Positions 50,175 to 59,947 of a DNA stretch of 64,000 bases are shown here, one piece after another. Position numbers and translations under genes: made by a program. The stretch is taken from positions 25,394 to 89,393 of the forward strand of contig NZ_JMCB01000003.1 in NCBI RefSeq assembly GCF_000737315.1, read 5' to 3'. Source of the stretch: Hyalangium minutum. GTDB taxonomy: Bacteria > Myxococcota > Myxococcia > Myxococcales > Myxococcaceae. A model generated the notes under the pieces. It saw only the letters and a list, made by a program, of their open reading frames with translations, was not told where the DNA came from and ran no database searches. Within the stretch, counting starts at the first letter, position 1. Each line of letters opens with the position of its first letter.

Positions 50175-50843
50175 TTGAAGGGTCTCATTGGCAAGAAGAT
50201 CGGAATGACCCAGGTGTTCAACGACGAGGGCAACCTCGTGCCGGTCACCGTGATCGACGTGAACACCTGCCAGGTGGTGGGTAAGCGGACGCCCGAGAAG
50301 GATCAGTACTCGGCCGTGACTCTGGGCTACGGGGAGATCCGCGAGAAGGTCCTGACGCAGGCGCAGAAGGGCTTCTTCAAGAAGAACAACGCGACTGCGC
50401 GCCGGCACCTGAAGGAGTTCCGGGTGACGACGGAGGAGGCCGCGAAGTTCAACGTGGGCGACGCGGTGAAGGCGGACCTGTTCACCAAGGGCCAGTTGGT
50501 GGACGTCACCGGCACCACGAAGGGCCGTGGCTTCCAGGGCGTCATGCGCCGGTGGAGCTTCAAGGGCTCGCAGACGAAGACGCACGGTACGCACGAGTAT
50601 CAGCGTCACCCGGGCGCCATCGGTCAGCGTAAGACGCCGGGCCGTACCTACCCGAACAAGAAGATGCCGGGTCACTACGGCGTGGAGCAGGTGACCACGC
50701 AGAACCTGACGATCGTCGACGTGGACACGGAGAAGGGCCTGCTGCTGATCAAGGGCGCCGTCCCCGGCCACAACGAGGCGATTGTCTACGTGAAGCCGGC
50801 CATCAAGCTGGCGATGCGCGAGCAGCACAAGGCCGCCCGCTAG
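50175..50843 (+). CDS. rplC: 50S ribosomal protein L3
   Basis: 'MKGLIGKKIGMTQVF...VTVIDV' and 'GKGFQGVMRRW...GSIGQ' are canonical L3. Confidence 0.9.
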   Translation: MKGLIGKKIGMTQVFNDEGNLVPVTVIDVNTCQVVGKRTPEKDQYSAVTLGYGEIREKVLTQAQKGFFKKNNATARRHLKEFRVTTEEAAKFNVGDAVKADLFTKGQLVDVTGTTKGRGFQGVMRRWSFKGSQTKTHGTHEYQRHPGAIGQRKTPGRTYPNKKMPGHYGVEQVTTQNLTIVDVDTEKGLLLIKGAVPGHNEAIVYVKPAIKLAMREQHKAAR

Positions 50844-50865
50844 TTTCTCGCGGCGGAGCTTGAGA

Positions 50866-50918
50866 CTGACGCCCCGTACTGGAGCCCTCGAGGGTTCCGG
50901 GCGGGGCGTTCGTTTTTG
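50866..50918 (+). terminator. Intrinsic terminator downstream of rplC, placed between convergent genes
   Basis: GC stem 'GACGCCCCG...CGGGGCGTT', internal palindrome 'CCCTCGAGGG', then 'TCGTTTTTG'. Confidence 0.5.
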
Positions 50919-50931
50919 TAGGGAGGGAGCT

Positions 50932-51480
50932 TCAGGGCTCCATGGCTTCAGGTGGGAGGAGGCCAGTGCTCCCGGCCGCTTGGCGTGCGTCGGAGACGGC
51001 TCCCATGATGCGCCCCGACTGGGGGAAGAGCTGCTCTGCCCTCGCGCTGAGTTCCAGCGCTTGAGGGAGTTGCTTCTCCATCTCCAAGTGACGGATGAGC
51101 CCAGCCCAGGCGTCCTCAAGGCTCGAAAGTGCCTTGGCGGCGCCCTCTTCCAGGAGTTTGCGCGCCTGGGCGGGTTCATGGCGGTGCGTGTCCAGGAAGT
51201 AGCCGAGCTCAATGAGTGCGTCGGCACTCCGATCCGAGGCTTGAACGGCTCGCTCCAGCAGCCGGTGGACCTCGGTGAGCATGGCTTCAGCCTCCGTGCC
51301 CGGCTCATCAACGAGCCGTAGCAAGCGCGCAAGGCGAAGGAGGTTGGGCGTGAACGCGGGGCATGCCTCGGCGAGCTCCCGGTAGGACCTCAGCTGATCA
51401 AGACCACTATGCGAAGCATCCCCTGCGGCGTTGGCGGCCTGGAACTTCGCGAGCAACTCTTCGAGGGGAAGGTGGGCCAT
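50932..51480 (-). CDS. Hypothetical alpha-helical protein
   Basis: Coding-like ORF convergent with rplC. Confidence 0.5.
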   Translation of the reverse strand: MAHLPLEELLAKFQAANAAGDASHSGLDQLRSYRELAEACPAFTPNLLRLARLLRLVDEPGTEAEAMLTEVHRLLERAVQASDRSADALIELGYFLDTHRHEPAQARKLLEEGAAKALSSLEDAWAGLIRHLEMEKQLPQALELSARAEQLFPQSGRIMGAVSDARQAAGSTGLLPPEAMEP

Positions 51481-51485
51481 GGCGC

Positions 51486-51932
51486 TTACTTCTCCATCAG
51501 ACGGGATTGTTCCTCGATGAGCTTCCGTGCCGTCTGCAGCTGAGCTTGGGTGGCGAGGCTGAAGTCGTTCTTGTCCAGCATGGTCTTGATCTCGAACAGG
51601 GTGAAGTCCTTCAACTGGGAGGGGAAGTCCTTGACCCGCCGGAGTCGCGCGGGGCTCTCGCCCAACTTCGTGGAGAGCACGGAGATGCGCTGGAGCATTC
51701 GCGCAGCCACCTCCTTGCCGATGAGCCCAGAGGCTGAGCCTTCAGCGATCAAAGCCTGAGCCTCGGTGAATTGTCCCTTGGCAATCAGTGCCCAGATGCG
51801 CGCACTCGCTGAGCCGCCCTTAAGCCGGATACCTTCCTCTGGCTCAGCTTCTGGGAGGACGTGGCTGTCCACGTGACTGCACCCATGGAGGCAGAACACG
51901 ATCAAACCGATGATCAGCATGTGACAGCGCAT
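51486..51932 (-). CDS. Hypothetical lipoprotein
   Basis: 'MLIIGLIVFCLHGCS' is a signal peptide with a lipobox. Confidence 0.55.
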   Translation of the reverse strand: MRCHMLIIGLIVFCLHGCSHVDSHVLPEAEPEEGIRLKGGSASARIWALIAKGQFTEAQALIAEGSASGLIGKEVAARMLQRISVLSTKLGESPARLRRVKDFPSQLKDFTLFEIKTMLDKNDFSLATQAQLQTARKLIEEQSRLMEK

Positions 51933-52212
51933 GACGCCCCCCTTTGCTGACTCCTCGATTCTACCTGCTGTGGCTGCCCGCAGACTGGACTCGTCAGCCT
52001 GGCCTTCCGTAGGAGCCCATTCGTCACAAGGGCTGCGGCCGCTCCACCCCCGAAGAGGAGCACTCCGGTCCCAAGCCCGAGGGCAAAGGCGGCACCGGTC
52101 AGCCCGCCGCCTTCCCGCCGCGCAACTGATCCTGATCCACGCGGCACCCGCGGTTCACGGGGTAGGTGGGTGTAGGCTCTGACGCCTTCCGCCTGGGTTC
52201 TCCACGAGTCCC

Positions 52213-52261
52213 GGCGCCCCGTCCTGGAGCCAACACTGGCCCGGGCGGGGCGTTCGTTTTT
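52213..52261 (+). terminator. Second copy of the terminator-like element, lying in a divergent intergenic region
   Basis: 'CGCCCCGTCCTGGAGCC...CCGGGCGGGGCGTTCGTTTTT'. The 3' 21 nt are identical to 50898-50918. Confidence 0.35.
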
Positions 52262-52503
52262 CCAGCCGGATTCTTACTCCCTGGGGCGGATTGGGCGCTG
52301 AAACGTCGGCCATCGTGCGCTCCTGCTGATGGCCGTGAAAAAAGTGCACGGTCCGGGGTACAGCGCACCTTGCCCCTTGGGCATCGGATGTGCACTTGGA
52401 TGCGCCAACGCGGAGCCAAGCGTCGCTGGGACGCTCGGTCTCCTTGGGAGTGCTGATCCTCAGCTTCATCGCGGCTCGCCCCACGGGCCGCACCCGAGTC
52501 TCT

Positions 52504-53325
52504 ATGTTGACCGTCCGTTCACTACGCGTGCTCGCCTCGATGATCCTGGCCCTGACGGCCCTGAGCGCCGCCGGGCAGCAGGAGCAGACCCTGGAGGGCG
52601 TGGTCGTCCGCAACCGACTCTATCGGCCCGCGGGCAACCTCGAGTTCTCCCCGAGTGTGGGCGTCTCCATGCTCACCTATCTCACGGCCCACTACACAGT
52701 GGACCTCGGGGTGGCCTACAACCTCTTCGACACCTTCGCCGTGGAAGGCCGCGCAGGCTACGCGTTCAGCCGGCAGACGGGCCTGGCCCGCTCCATCTCT
52801 GAGAGCTTCCTCAACCGCGACGACAAGAAGATCACCGACGAGCTCGAGGATCTCTGGCGGATGAACTTCCACGCCGTCGGCGGCCTGCGCTGGGCGCCCG
52901 TGTACGGGAAGCTCTCGCTCATGGCCGAGGTGCCCACCCACTTCCAGGCCTACCTCTGGGCCGGCGGCGGGGTGGCCTCGTTCAAGCGCCAGTCCCTGAT
53001 CCAGTGCTCCCAGGTGGTGAACCGCGAGTTCGGCGTCTGCGACAACCGCTCGGATCCGCTGGATCGCTCCTCCGCTACCGAGAACTTCTGGGTGAAGGAG
53101 ACGCGCGTGTCCCCCGTGGTAAGCGCCGCCGTGGGTCTGCGCTTCTTCGCCTTCGAGCGGCACGGCGTGAAGTTCGAGCTCCGGGACTGGGTGTTCCGCG
53201 ACGCCTACCGCGTGGCGCTGAACCGGGATGACTGGGAGGCGGGCCAGGAAACGGGAACGGTCGCGCCCAGCCCGGGCCTCACGCACCTCGTTCAATTCGA
53301 CATTGGCTACACCTTCATCTTCTAG
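52504..53325 (+). CDS. Outer-membrane beta-barrel protein, NfsA/GltA-like
   Basis: Signal peptide. Ends in 'IGYTFIF'. First of a seven-gene syntenic cluster. Confidence 0.65.
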   Translation: MLTVRSLRVLASMILALTALSAAGQQEQTLEGVVVRNRLYRPAGNLEFSPSVGVSMLTYLTAHYTVDLGVAYNLFDTFAVEGRAGYAFSRQTGLARSISESFLNRDDKKITDELEDLWRMNFHAVGGLRWAPVYGKLSLMAEVPTHFQAYLWAGGGVASFKRQSLIQCSQVVNREFGVCDNRSDPLDRSSATENFWVKETRVSPVVSAAVGLRFFAFERHGVKFELRDWVFRDAYRVALNRDDWEAGQETGTVAPSPGLTHLVQFDIGYTFIF

Positions 53326-53330
53326 ACACC

Positions 53331-54551
53331 ATGCGAACGATCCTGTCCTTCGCGGTTCTTCTGTCGACGGTCGCTGGGGCTGATCCGGCCCTCGCTCAGG
53401 CCGCACCCACGGTGCCCGCTCCGGGCGCCGAGTCTTCCATCCCTCCCGACATGGCCCCCGTGGCGGCGCCTCAGTCGGCTCAGCACGAGATGGGCTCTTC
53501 CGTGCCGGACGAGCAGCCCGTGGCCACGCCGCGTGCGCGTCCTCAGCGTGTAGGGGAGGACGCTGCCGAGGAGACTCCCGCTTCCGAGGAGGCTCCGGCT
53601 CCAGCCGAGGCTGCTGCCCCTGCTGCGAACCCGCCTGCCGCGGATGCGCCCCTGGCAGTGGCGGACGTGGACACCGAGCTGCGCACCACGACGCCCGAGC
53701 AGCAGCGGCTGGTGCACGGCGCGCCGCTCTACAACCCGAACGTCTCCGTCCACATCGTCCAGAAGAAGCGCTTCGCGGACGAGGGCAAGCACGAGTTCGC
53801 GCTCTACCCGCTGGCGGTCCAGGTGAACGGCAAGTTCACCAACCACGCGGGCAGCGCGCTCCACTACACGTACCACGTGCAGGAGAACTTCGCGCTCCAG
53901 GTCTCCGGCATCTACAACTGGCACTCCAACGAGAGCCGCTTCAACCTGGAGCTGATCGACAAGGTCCGCGAGCAGGCCCAGGCGGCCTCCTCGCTGCTGC
54001 TCCAGTGGGGCGCTCAGGCCGGCGTCGAGGTGACGCCGCTGTACGGCAAGTTCGCCTTCTATGACGACCAGCTCGCTCAGTTCAGCCTGATCATCAACGG
54101 CGGTGCGGGCTTCGGCGGCACGCGGCACCTGATCCGCCCGGAGGTCGCCAACCAGGTGGAGGGACAGACCTTCACCGTCCCCGCGCGCTTCGGAGACGCG
54201 GGCACCCGGTTCGTCGGCTCCGTGGGCGGCGGCTTCCGCGTCCAGTTCGGTGACTCCTATGCGGTGCGGCTCGAGGTGAGGGATCTCGTCTACACCGCCC
54301 GCGTCGATCGCGTGGACGGCTGCAACCTCTCCGACTTCGAGAAGCTCGAGGCAGCGCGCTCGGCCAACCAGCCCTTCGCCAACCTGGACCTCAGCGGCGG
54401 CTGCAAGTTCCAGAAGTTCGACGGCGTGGACCCGGACACGAAGAAGAACTACCGCGAGGACATCATCCTCGGGAGGGATCTGGTGGCTGAGCCCTCCTCG
54501 GACGTCCTCAACAACGTGAGCTTCTACGCCGGCTTCTCGATCCTCTTCTGA
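53331..54551 (+). CDS. Outer-membrane beta-barrel protein, NfsB/GltB-like
   Basis: Signal peptide, Pro/Ala-rich N-terminus, C-terminal 'YAGFSILF'. Confidence 0.65.
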   Translation: MRTILSFAVLLSTVAGADPALAQAAPTVPAPGAESSIPPDMAPVAAPQSAQHEMGSSVPDEQPVATPRARPQRVGEDAAEETPASEEAPAPAEAAAPAANPPAADAPLAVADVDTELRTTTPEQQRLVHGAPLYNPNVSVHIVQKKRFADEGKHEFALYPLAVQVNGKFTNHAGSALHYTYHVQENFALQVSGIYNWHSNESRFNLELIDKVREQAQAASSLLLQWGAQAGVEVTPLYGKFAFYDDQLAQFSLIINGGAGFGGTRHLIRPEVANQVEGQTFTVPARFGDAGTRFVGSVGGGFRVQFGDSYAVRLEVRDLVYTARVDRVDGCNLSDFEKLEAARSANQPFANLDLSGGCKFQKFDGVDPDTKKNYREDIILGRDLVAEPSSDVLNNVSFYAGFSILF

Positions 54552-56128
54552 TGGGAACCCCTGCCATGTCCCGACTGCTCGCACTCTTCGCCGTCGCCCT
54601 GGCTCCGCTCGCGGTGTCCGCGCAGGACCTCACGGCGTACAACCGCGCGCTCGCCGCCTTCAACGCGGGCGATCTCGACACCGCCGCGCCGCTCTTCTTC
54701 GAGACCTCCGAGCGCGCCACCGATCCCGAGACGAAGGGCAAGGCCGAGTACTACCTGGCGCAGACCTTCCAGAAGAAGGGTCTCCCGGTCAGCGCCTTCG
54801 TCACCTACGCCGCCATCCTCAAGGCCGGCCCCAAGCACCCCTCGTACCTCAAGGCCGTCGAGGGGCTCGTGGACATTCAGCAGCAGCTCGATGAGCAGAA
54901 CCTGATCCCCAGCCTCCTCAACCAGGCCTATACGGACGAGGTGCGCGATCAGTGGGTCACGCTGCCCCGAGAGGTGCTGGCGCGCATCAACTACCTGGTG
55001 GGCACCATCAGCCACCGCCGCGGGCAGTTCGAGGAGGCCCGCTCCCTGCTCGAGGCCGTGCCGCCCGAGAGCCGCGTCTATGCCAAGGCGCAGTATCTGC
55101 TGGGCATCGTCCTGGCCGATCCGCGCTTCCCGGGCCGCCCGGGTGAGGCCCACACGCTCGACAAGGCCGCACTCAATGCCTTCCAGATGGTGCTGAAGCA
55201 GAAGGGCGAGCGGCAGCTCGAGCTCAAGGAGACCCGTGAGCTGGCCATGCTGGGGCTCGGGCGTCTGCACTACGGCCGCGGGGAGTACAAGGAGTCGAGC
55301 GCCGCCTACGAGAGCGTGCCGCGCTACTCGCGCTACTGGGACCAGGCCCTCTTCGAGAACGGCTTCTCCCGCTTCCAGAACGAGGACTTCGGCGGGGCGC
55401 TCGGGAGTCTCCAGGCGCTGCATGCGCCCCAGTTCGCCGGCGCTTTCCAGCCCGAGTCCTGGATCCTCAAGGCGACCGTCTACTACTACAGCTGCCTCTT
55501 CGACGAGGTGAAGACCACGCTCGCCGCCTACGACGAGGTGTACGGGCCCATGGCCAAGCAGCTCGAGCCCTTCACCGGCGAGGACATGGGGCTGATCCCC
55601 GCGTTCAACCTCGTCTCCGCCTCGGAGAACCGGAAGCTGCCGCGTCCCGTGTACCTGTGGATCCGCAACAACGAGCGCATCCGCGAGGTGATGCGCGGCC
55701 TGGACACCGTGGACAGCGAGAAGCGGGCCCTCGTCAACTCGGGTGCCTGGAAGGGGAGCGCGCTCGCGACGCAGACCGTGGCCTCCCTGGAGGATGTGCG
55801 CAACACGCTGCTTCAGGTGGGCGGCACGCTGGCTCGGAGCCGCCTGCGCGAGGCCGCGGACAACCTGCGCACCTTCTCGGACCAGGCGGAGATCATCCGC
55901 GTCCAGACGGCGCTCGATCAGAAGGACTTGCTGCAGGCCGGCGTGGATCAGAAGGCCGTGCTCTCCCGCCAGTCGCTCTACCGGCCCGCCATGCCCGGGG
56001 CCGCCTGGAACTACTGGAAGTTCCAGGGCGAGTTCTGGATCGACGAGATCGGCTACTATCAGTACACGCTCAAGCGCGGCTGTCTGGCGAAGCCGGGCGA
56101 AGAGCGGACCGAGGCGGGCTCGCAGTAA
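54551..56128 (+). CDS. Periplasmic TPR-repeat protein, NfsC/GltC-like
   Basis: Signal peptide. TPR-like helices. Confidence 0.6.
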   Translation: MGTPAMSRLLALFAVALAPLAVSAQDLTAYNRALAAFNAGDLDTAAPLFFETSERATDPETKGKAEYYLAQTFQKKGLPVSAFVTYAAILKAGPKHPSYLKAVEGLVDIQQQLDEQNLIPSLLNQAYTDEVRDQWVTLPREVLARINYLVGTISHRRGQFEEARSLLEAVPPESRVYAKAQYLLGIVLADPRFPGRPGEAHTLDKAALNAFQMVLKQKGERQLELKETRELAMLGLGRLHYGRGEYKESSAAYESVPRYSRYWDQALFENGFSRFQNEDFGGALGSLQALHAPQFAGAFQPESWILKATVYYYSCLFDEVKTTLAAYDEVYGPMAKQLEPFTGEDMGLIPAFNLVSASENRKLPRPVYLWIRNNERIREVMRGLDTVDSEKRALVNSGAWKGSALATQTVASLEDVRNTLLQVGGTLARSRLREAADNLRTFSDQAEIIRVQTALDQKDLLQAGVDQKAVLSRQSLYRPAMPGAAWNYWKFQGEFWIDEIGYYQYTLKRGCLAKPGEERTEAGSQ

Positions 56129-56257
56129 GCCTGTCGGTGACGGACGCAGTTCGGAGGAACGGGGTGGGCCGAGGCGTTGGTGCACGCGCCGGGGCCGCCC
56201 CGTTTGCCTGTTCAGCCCCTGAAACCGACAGTGCCCTGTAGGGCGCATTCGTGCGTG

Positions 56258-56273
56258 TTGGCACGGTTGCAGC
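56258..56273 (+). promoter_or_regulatory. Possible internal sigma54-like promoter upstream of the nfsD/gltD-like gene
   Basis: 'TTGGCACGgttgCAGC', with a weak -12 element. Confidence 0.2.
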
Positions 56274-56333
56274 ACTTCTCATTCCAGGAGTGCGCGTCTA
56301 CCTTCGGTCGTCCCTTCGATGGCAGGAGTTCGC

Positions 56334-59300
56334 ATGAAGGCGTTCCTTCGGTTTGGTGCGCTGGCTGTGGGCGTGGCGCTCACCGCCAGCGGGGTGGGCG
56401 AGGCGGCACCGCCTAAAAAGGCGGTGGGGAAGAAGCCTGCGGCGGCGGCCAAGGCGGCTCCTGTCGGAAAGAAGACGGTGGAGAAGGCCTCCAAGGAGAA
56501 GGCGCCGTCCGCGGTGCCGGGTGCTCCCGAGGAGAAGCGCCGCAACGGTCCGGCCCGGGTGGCCCCCGCCAATGCCAAGTTCGCGGAGCTGCCGCGCATC
56601 GCCGACAGCAAGAAGGACGCGCTGGCGGACAAGAAGCGCGACGAGGCCATCGAGGGCTTCAAACGCCTGATCCCGAAGATCCAGGACGGCACCTCGCGCA
56701 AGGCGGACCTGCTGTACCGCTTGTCCGAGCTCTACTGGGAGAAGTCCAAGTACCTCTACCGGCTGGAGATGGACCGGTACCTGGAGGCGGAGAAGAAGTA
56801 CGACGCGGCCGTGGCTCGCGGCGAGAAGCTGGAGGCCCCGAAGGAGGACCACCGCGACAGCGAGCGCTACCGCGCCGAGGTGATGAGCCTCTACGAGGAC
56901 ATCCTCCGCGACTATCCGCAGTACGAGATCCGCGACGAGGTCCTCTTCTCGCAGGCTTACAACCTGTACGAGCTCGGCCGCCAGCCCGAGGCCGTGAAGC
57001 GCTACGAGGAGCTGATCCGGGACTTCCCCAAGTCGCAGTTCGTGCCGGACGCGTACATCCAGCTCGGCAATCACTACTTCGACAACAACAAGCTGATGCC
57101 CGCGAAGCAGAACTACGAGAAGGCGCGGGACACCGGCGTTCCGAAGATCTACGCCTACGCCATCTACAAGCTGGCCTGGTGTGACTTCAACGCGGGCGAC
57201 TATGAGGCCGGCCTCAAGAAGCTCCAGGAGGCGGTGGAGTACGCGGAGACCCGTGGCGAGGAGCTGGGCGACCTGAAGACCGAGGCGCTCAATGACTTGA
57301 CCGTCTTCTATGTGCAGCTGGATCTGCCCAAGGATGCCATCGCCTACTTCAAGGCGAAGGCGCCCGAGAAGCGTCAGGCGCGGCTCATCGCGAAGACGGC
57401 GGTGGGGCTGGCGGACGCGGGCCACTTCGACAGCGGCATCTACATGTTCCGCTGGCTCATCGACGACAAGCCGATGGGCCCCAGCGCCCCCGAGTTCCAG
57501 CAGGCCATCGTCCGCTCGTATGAGGGCCTGCGTCAGCGCACCCAGGTCCGCGCCGAGATGAAGAAGATGGTGGACCTGTACCGGCCGGGTGGCACGTGGT
57601 GGGAGGCCAACACGGGCAACAAGTCCGTGCTGCGCAACGCCTTCAACGTCACCGAAGAGGCCATGCGCGTGATGGTGACCGAGTACCACCAGGAGGCCCA
57701 GAAGACGCGCGAGGTGGCCACGTACCAGCTCGCTCGCGACATCTATAAGGAGTACGTGGACGCGTTCGCCTCCAGCTCGGATCCGGACTTCGTCTCGGAC
57801 TCGGCCTTCAACCTGCGCTTCTTCTACGCGGAGATTCTGTGGGCCCTCGAAGAGTGGGAGGCCGCCGCCGCCCAGTATGACGCCGTGGTGGCTTTCAAGA
57901 TCCCGGACCGTGACTCGGCCCGCGAGGTCTCCAACGAGACCTACCGCAAGAGCGCCTCGTTCGCCGCGGTGCTCGCGTACGACAAGCTCGTGAAGATCGA
58001 GCGCGGCCAGCTCGCCAAGAGCGATCTCAAGGCCGGCCAGAAGGTCGACGAGAACAAGTACAAGGGTGACGTCGAGAAGAAGCGCATCATCAAGAAGAAC
58101 GCGAAGGAGCAGCCCGAGCAGCAACTCACTCGCTTCGAGGAGCGCCTCGTCGCCGCCTGCGACACGTACAACTCGCTCTATCCGAACAACCAGGACGAGG
58201 TGGACCTGCGCTACCAGGCCGCCGTCATCCTCTATGACCGCAACCACTTCGTGGACGCGGCCCGGCGCTTCGGCGAGATCATCGTGAAGTTCCCCGAGGA
58301 GCGGCGCTCGCGCGACGCGGCGGACCTGACGATGTTCGTGCTGGAGAGCCGCGAGGAGTGGTTCGAGCTGAACAAGCTGGCGCGCCAGTTCCTGGGCAAC
58401 AAGAAGCTGACCAAGCCCGGCACGGAGTTCGCCGCTCGCGTGGCCAAGGTCGTCGAGGGCAGCCAGTACAAGTGGGTGGACGAAGTCGTCTATCGCCAGG
58501 AGAAGAACCCGAAGAAGGCCGCCGAGCTGTTCCTCGAGTTCGTCACCGAGTTCCCCAAGTCGGAGAACGCGGACCGCGCGCTCACCTACGCGATGATCAT
58601 CTTCCAGGAGGCCGCCGAGCTGGATCGCGGCGTCGAGGCCGGCGAGCGCGTCCTCCAAGAGTACCCGGACAGCGTGTTCGACCTGAAGGTCCGCTACACG
58701 CTCGCGGGCTTCTACGAGAAGATGGCCGAGTTCAAGAAGGCCGCCGAGGCGTACGAGGCCTTCGTGGCCGCCTACGACGAGGCCGCCGGGACGGCGAAGA
58801 AGAAGAAGACCGCGAAGGGCGGGGCGTCGAAGGTGGCGCAGGGCTCCGCCGAGCGTGAGCAGATCCTCAAGGACGCCGAGGGCTGGGTGGCCGACGCGCT
58901 CTTCAACGCGGGCGTCTGGTGGGAGGGCGTGGGCAATTCGCCGAAGGCCATCGCCGCCTATCAGTCGTACATCTCGCGCTTCCGCGACCGCAAGGATGTG
59001 CCGCAGATCGCCTTCAACATCGCGCTCGTCCACGAGAAGGACGGCAAGTGGGCGGAGGCCGCCAAGGCGTTCGCCTCGTTCTCGGAGACGTACAGCCGGG
59101 ATGCTCGCACCAACCCGGGGCAGCTCTACCTGGCGAAGTACCGCGAGCTGATGGCGCAGCGGCAGCTCAAGAGCTGGAAGGACATGGAGCGCCTGCAGAG
59201 CGAGCTGGTGCGCGGCTGGGCCAAGCTGCCCGACGAGAGCAAGCAGAACGTCAGCCTCGTCGACGCCTACGCCCACGCCCGCTTCATGGGGCTGGAGGCG

Positions 59301-59909
59301 CTGTGGAAGCACTACTCGGACATCAAGTTCACCCGCGTGTCCACCATCCGCCGCGATCTCGCCGCCAAGCAGCGCGAGATCCAGCGCGTGGAGAAGGAGT
59401 ACGCGGCGGTGCTGGCCATCGGCTCGGGCGAGTGGGGTATCGCCGCGCTCACCCGCATCGGTCTGGCGTACGCGGACTTCGCTCGCAACATCATCGAGTC
59501 GCCGGATCCCAAGGGCCTGGATGAGGAGCAGACCACCATGTACCGCGGCGAGTTGGAGAACCTCGCGCTTCCGCTCGAGGACAAGTCCACCGAGGCCCTG
59601 GAGAAGGCGCTCGACAAGGCCTACGAGCTGTCCATCTACAACGAGTTCACGCTCGCCGCGCAGGATCAGGTGAACCGCTACCGTCCGGGTGCCTACGCCC
59701 AGGTCCGCCAGGTGCCGTTCCGTGGCAGCGAGTTCTTCGCCACCTCGGATGTCGCCAAGGATCCAGGCATGTCGGCGGCCGCCACCGCGGGCTCCACGCC
59801 CACTGCGCCGAGTAAGCCCACGCAGGCTCCGAGCGCTCCGCAGGCGCAGCCTCAGGCTCCGCAGGCCTCGCCCGCGCCCGCCGCCACGGTGGGGGAGGCC
59901 CGGCCGTGA
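56334..59909 (+). CDS. Large TPR-repeat protein, NfsD/GltD(AgmU)-like
   Basis: About 1190 aa. Signal/anchor 'MKAFLRFGALAVGVALTASG', many TPR-like repeats, and an 'AGGAG' SD sequence. Confidence 0.65.
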   Translation: MKAFLRFGALAVGVALTASGVGEAAPPKKAVGKKPAAAAKAAPVGKKTVEKASKEKAPSAVPGAPEEKRRNGPARVAPANAKFAELPRIADSKKDALADKKRDEAIEGFKRLIPKIQDGTSRKADLLYRLSELYWEKSKYLYRLEMDRYLEAEKKYDAAVARGEKLEAPKEDHRDSERYRAEVMSLYEDILRDYPQYEIRDEVLFSQAYNLYELGRQPEAVKRYEELIRDFPKSQFVPDAYIQLGNHYFDNNKLMPAKQNYEKARDTGVPKIYAYAIYKLAWCDFNAGDYEAGLKKLQEAVEYAETRGEELGDLKTEALNDLTVFYVQLDLPKDAIAYFKAKAPEKRQARLIAKTAVGLADAGHFDSGIYMFRWLIDDKPMGPSAPEFQQAIVRSYEGLRQRTQVRAEMKKMVDLYRPGGTWWEANTGNKSVLRNAFNVTEEAMRVMVTEYHQEAQKTREVATYQLARDIYKEYVDAFASSSDPDFVSDSAFNLRFFYAEILWALEEWEAAAAQYDAVVAFKIPDRDSAREVSNETYRKSASFAAVLAYDKLVKIERGQLAKSDLKAGQKVDENKYKGDVEKKRIIKKNAKEQPEQQLTRFEERLVAACDTYNSLYPNNQDEVDLRYQAAVILYDRNHFVDAARRFGEIIVKFPEERRSRDAADLTMFVLESREEWFELNKLARQFLGNKKLTKPGTEFAARVAKVVEGSQYKWVDEVVYRQEKNPKKAAELFLEFVTEFPKSENADRALTYAMIIFQEAAELDRGVEAGERVLQEYPDSVFDLKVRYTLAGFYEKMAEFKKAAEAYEAFVAAYDEAAGTAKKKKTAKGGASKVAQGSAEREQILKDAEGWVADALFNAGVWWEGVGNSPKAIAAYQSYISRFRDRKDVPQIAFNIALVHEKDGKWAEAAKAFASFSETYSRDARTNPGQLYLAKYRELMAQRQLKSWKDMERLQSELVRGWAKLPDESKQNVSLVDAYAHARFMGLEALWKHYSDIKFTRVSTIRRDLAAKQREIQRVEKEYAAVLAIGSGEWGIAALTRIGLAYADFARNIIESPDPKGLDEEQTTMYRGELENLALPLEDKSTEALEKALDKAYELSIYNEFTLAAQDQVNRYRPGAYAQVRQVPFRGSEFFATSDVAKDPGMSAAATAGSTPTAPSKPTQAPSAPQAQPQAPQASPAPAATVGEARP

Positions 59910-59947
59910 TTCTCACTGACTTCAAGGCAGCTCCAGGGAAGACGACC

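Noticed and set aside
49770-51332. 520-aa minus-strand ORF covering rplC
   Set aside because: It is antisense to a canonical L3 gene. Its product is Pro/Arg/Ser-rich.
51933-52262. Possible SRP (4.5S) RNA or other known ncRNA in the lipoprotein/nfsA-like intergenic region
   Set aside because: I looked for the conserved SRP domain IV motif (GGUCAGGUCCGGAAGGAAGCAGC). I also looked for RNase P and tmRNA signatures. None was found on either strand. Only the terminator-like repeat is reported.
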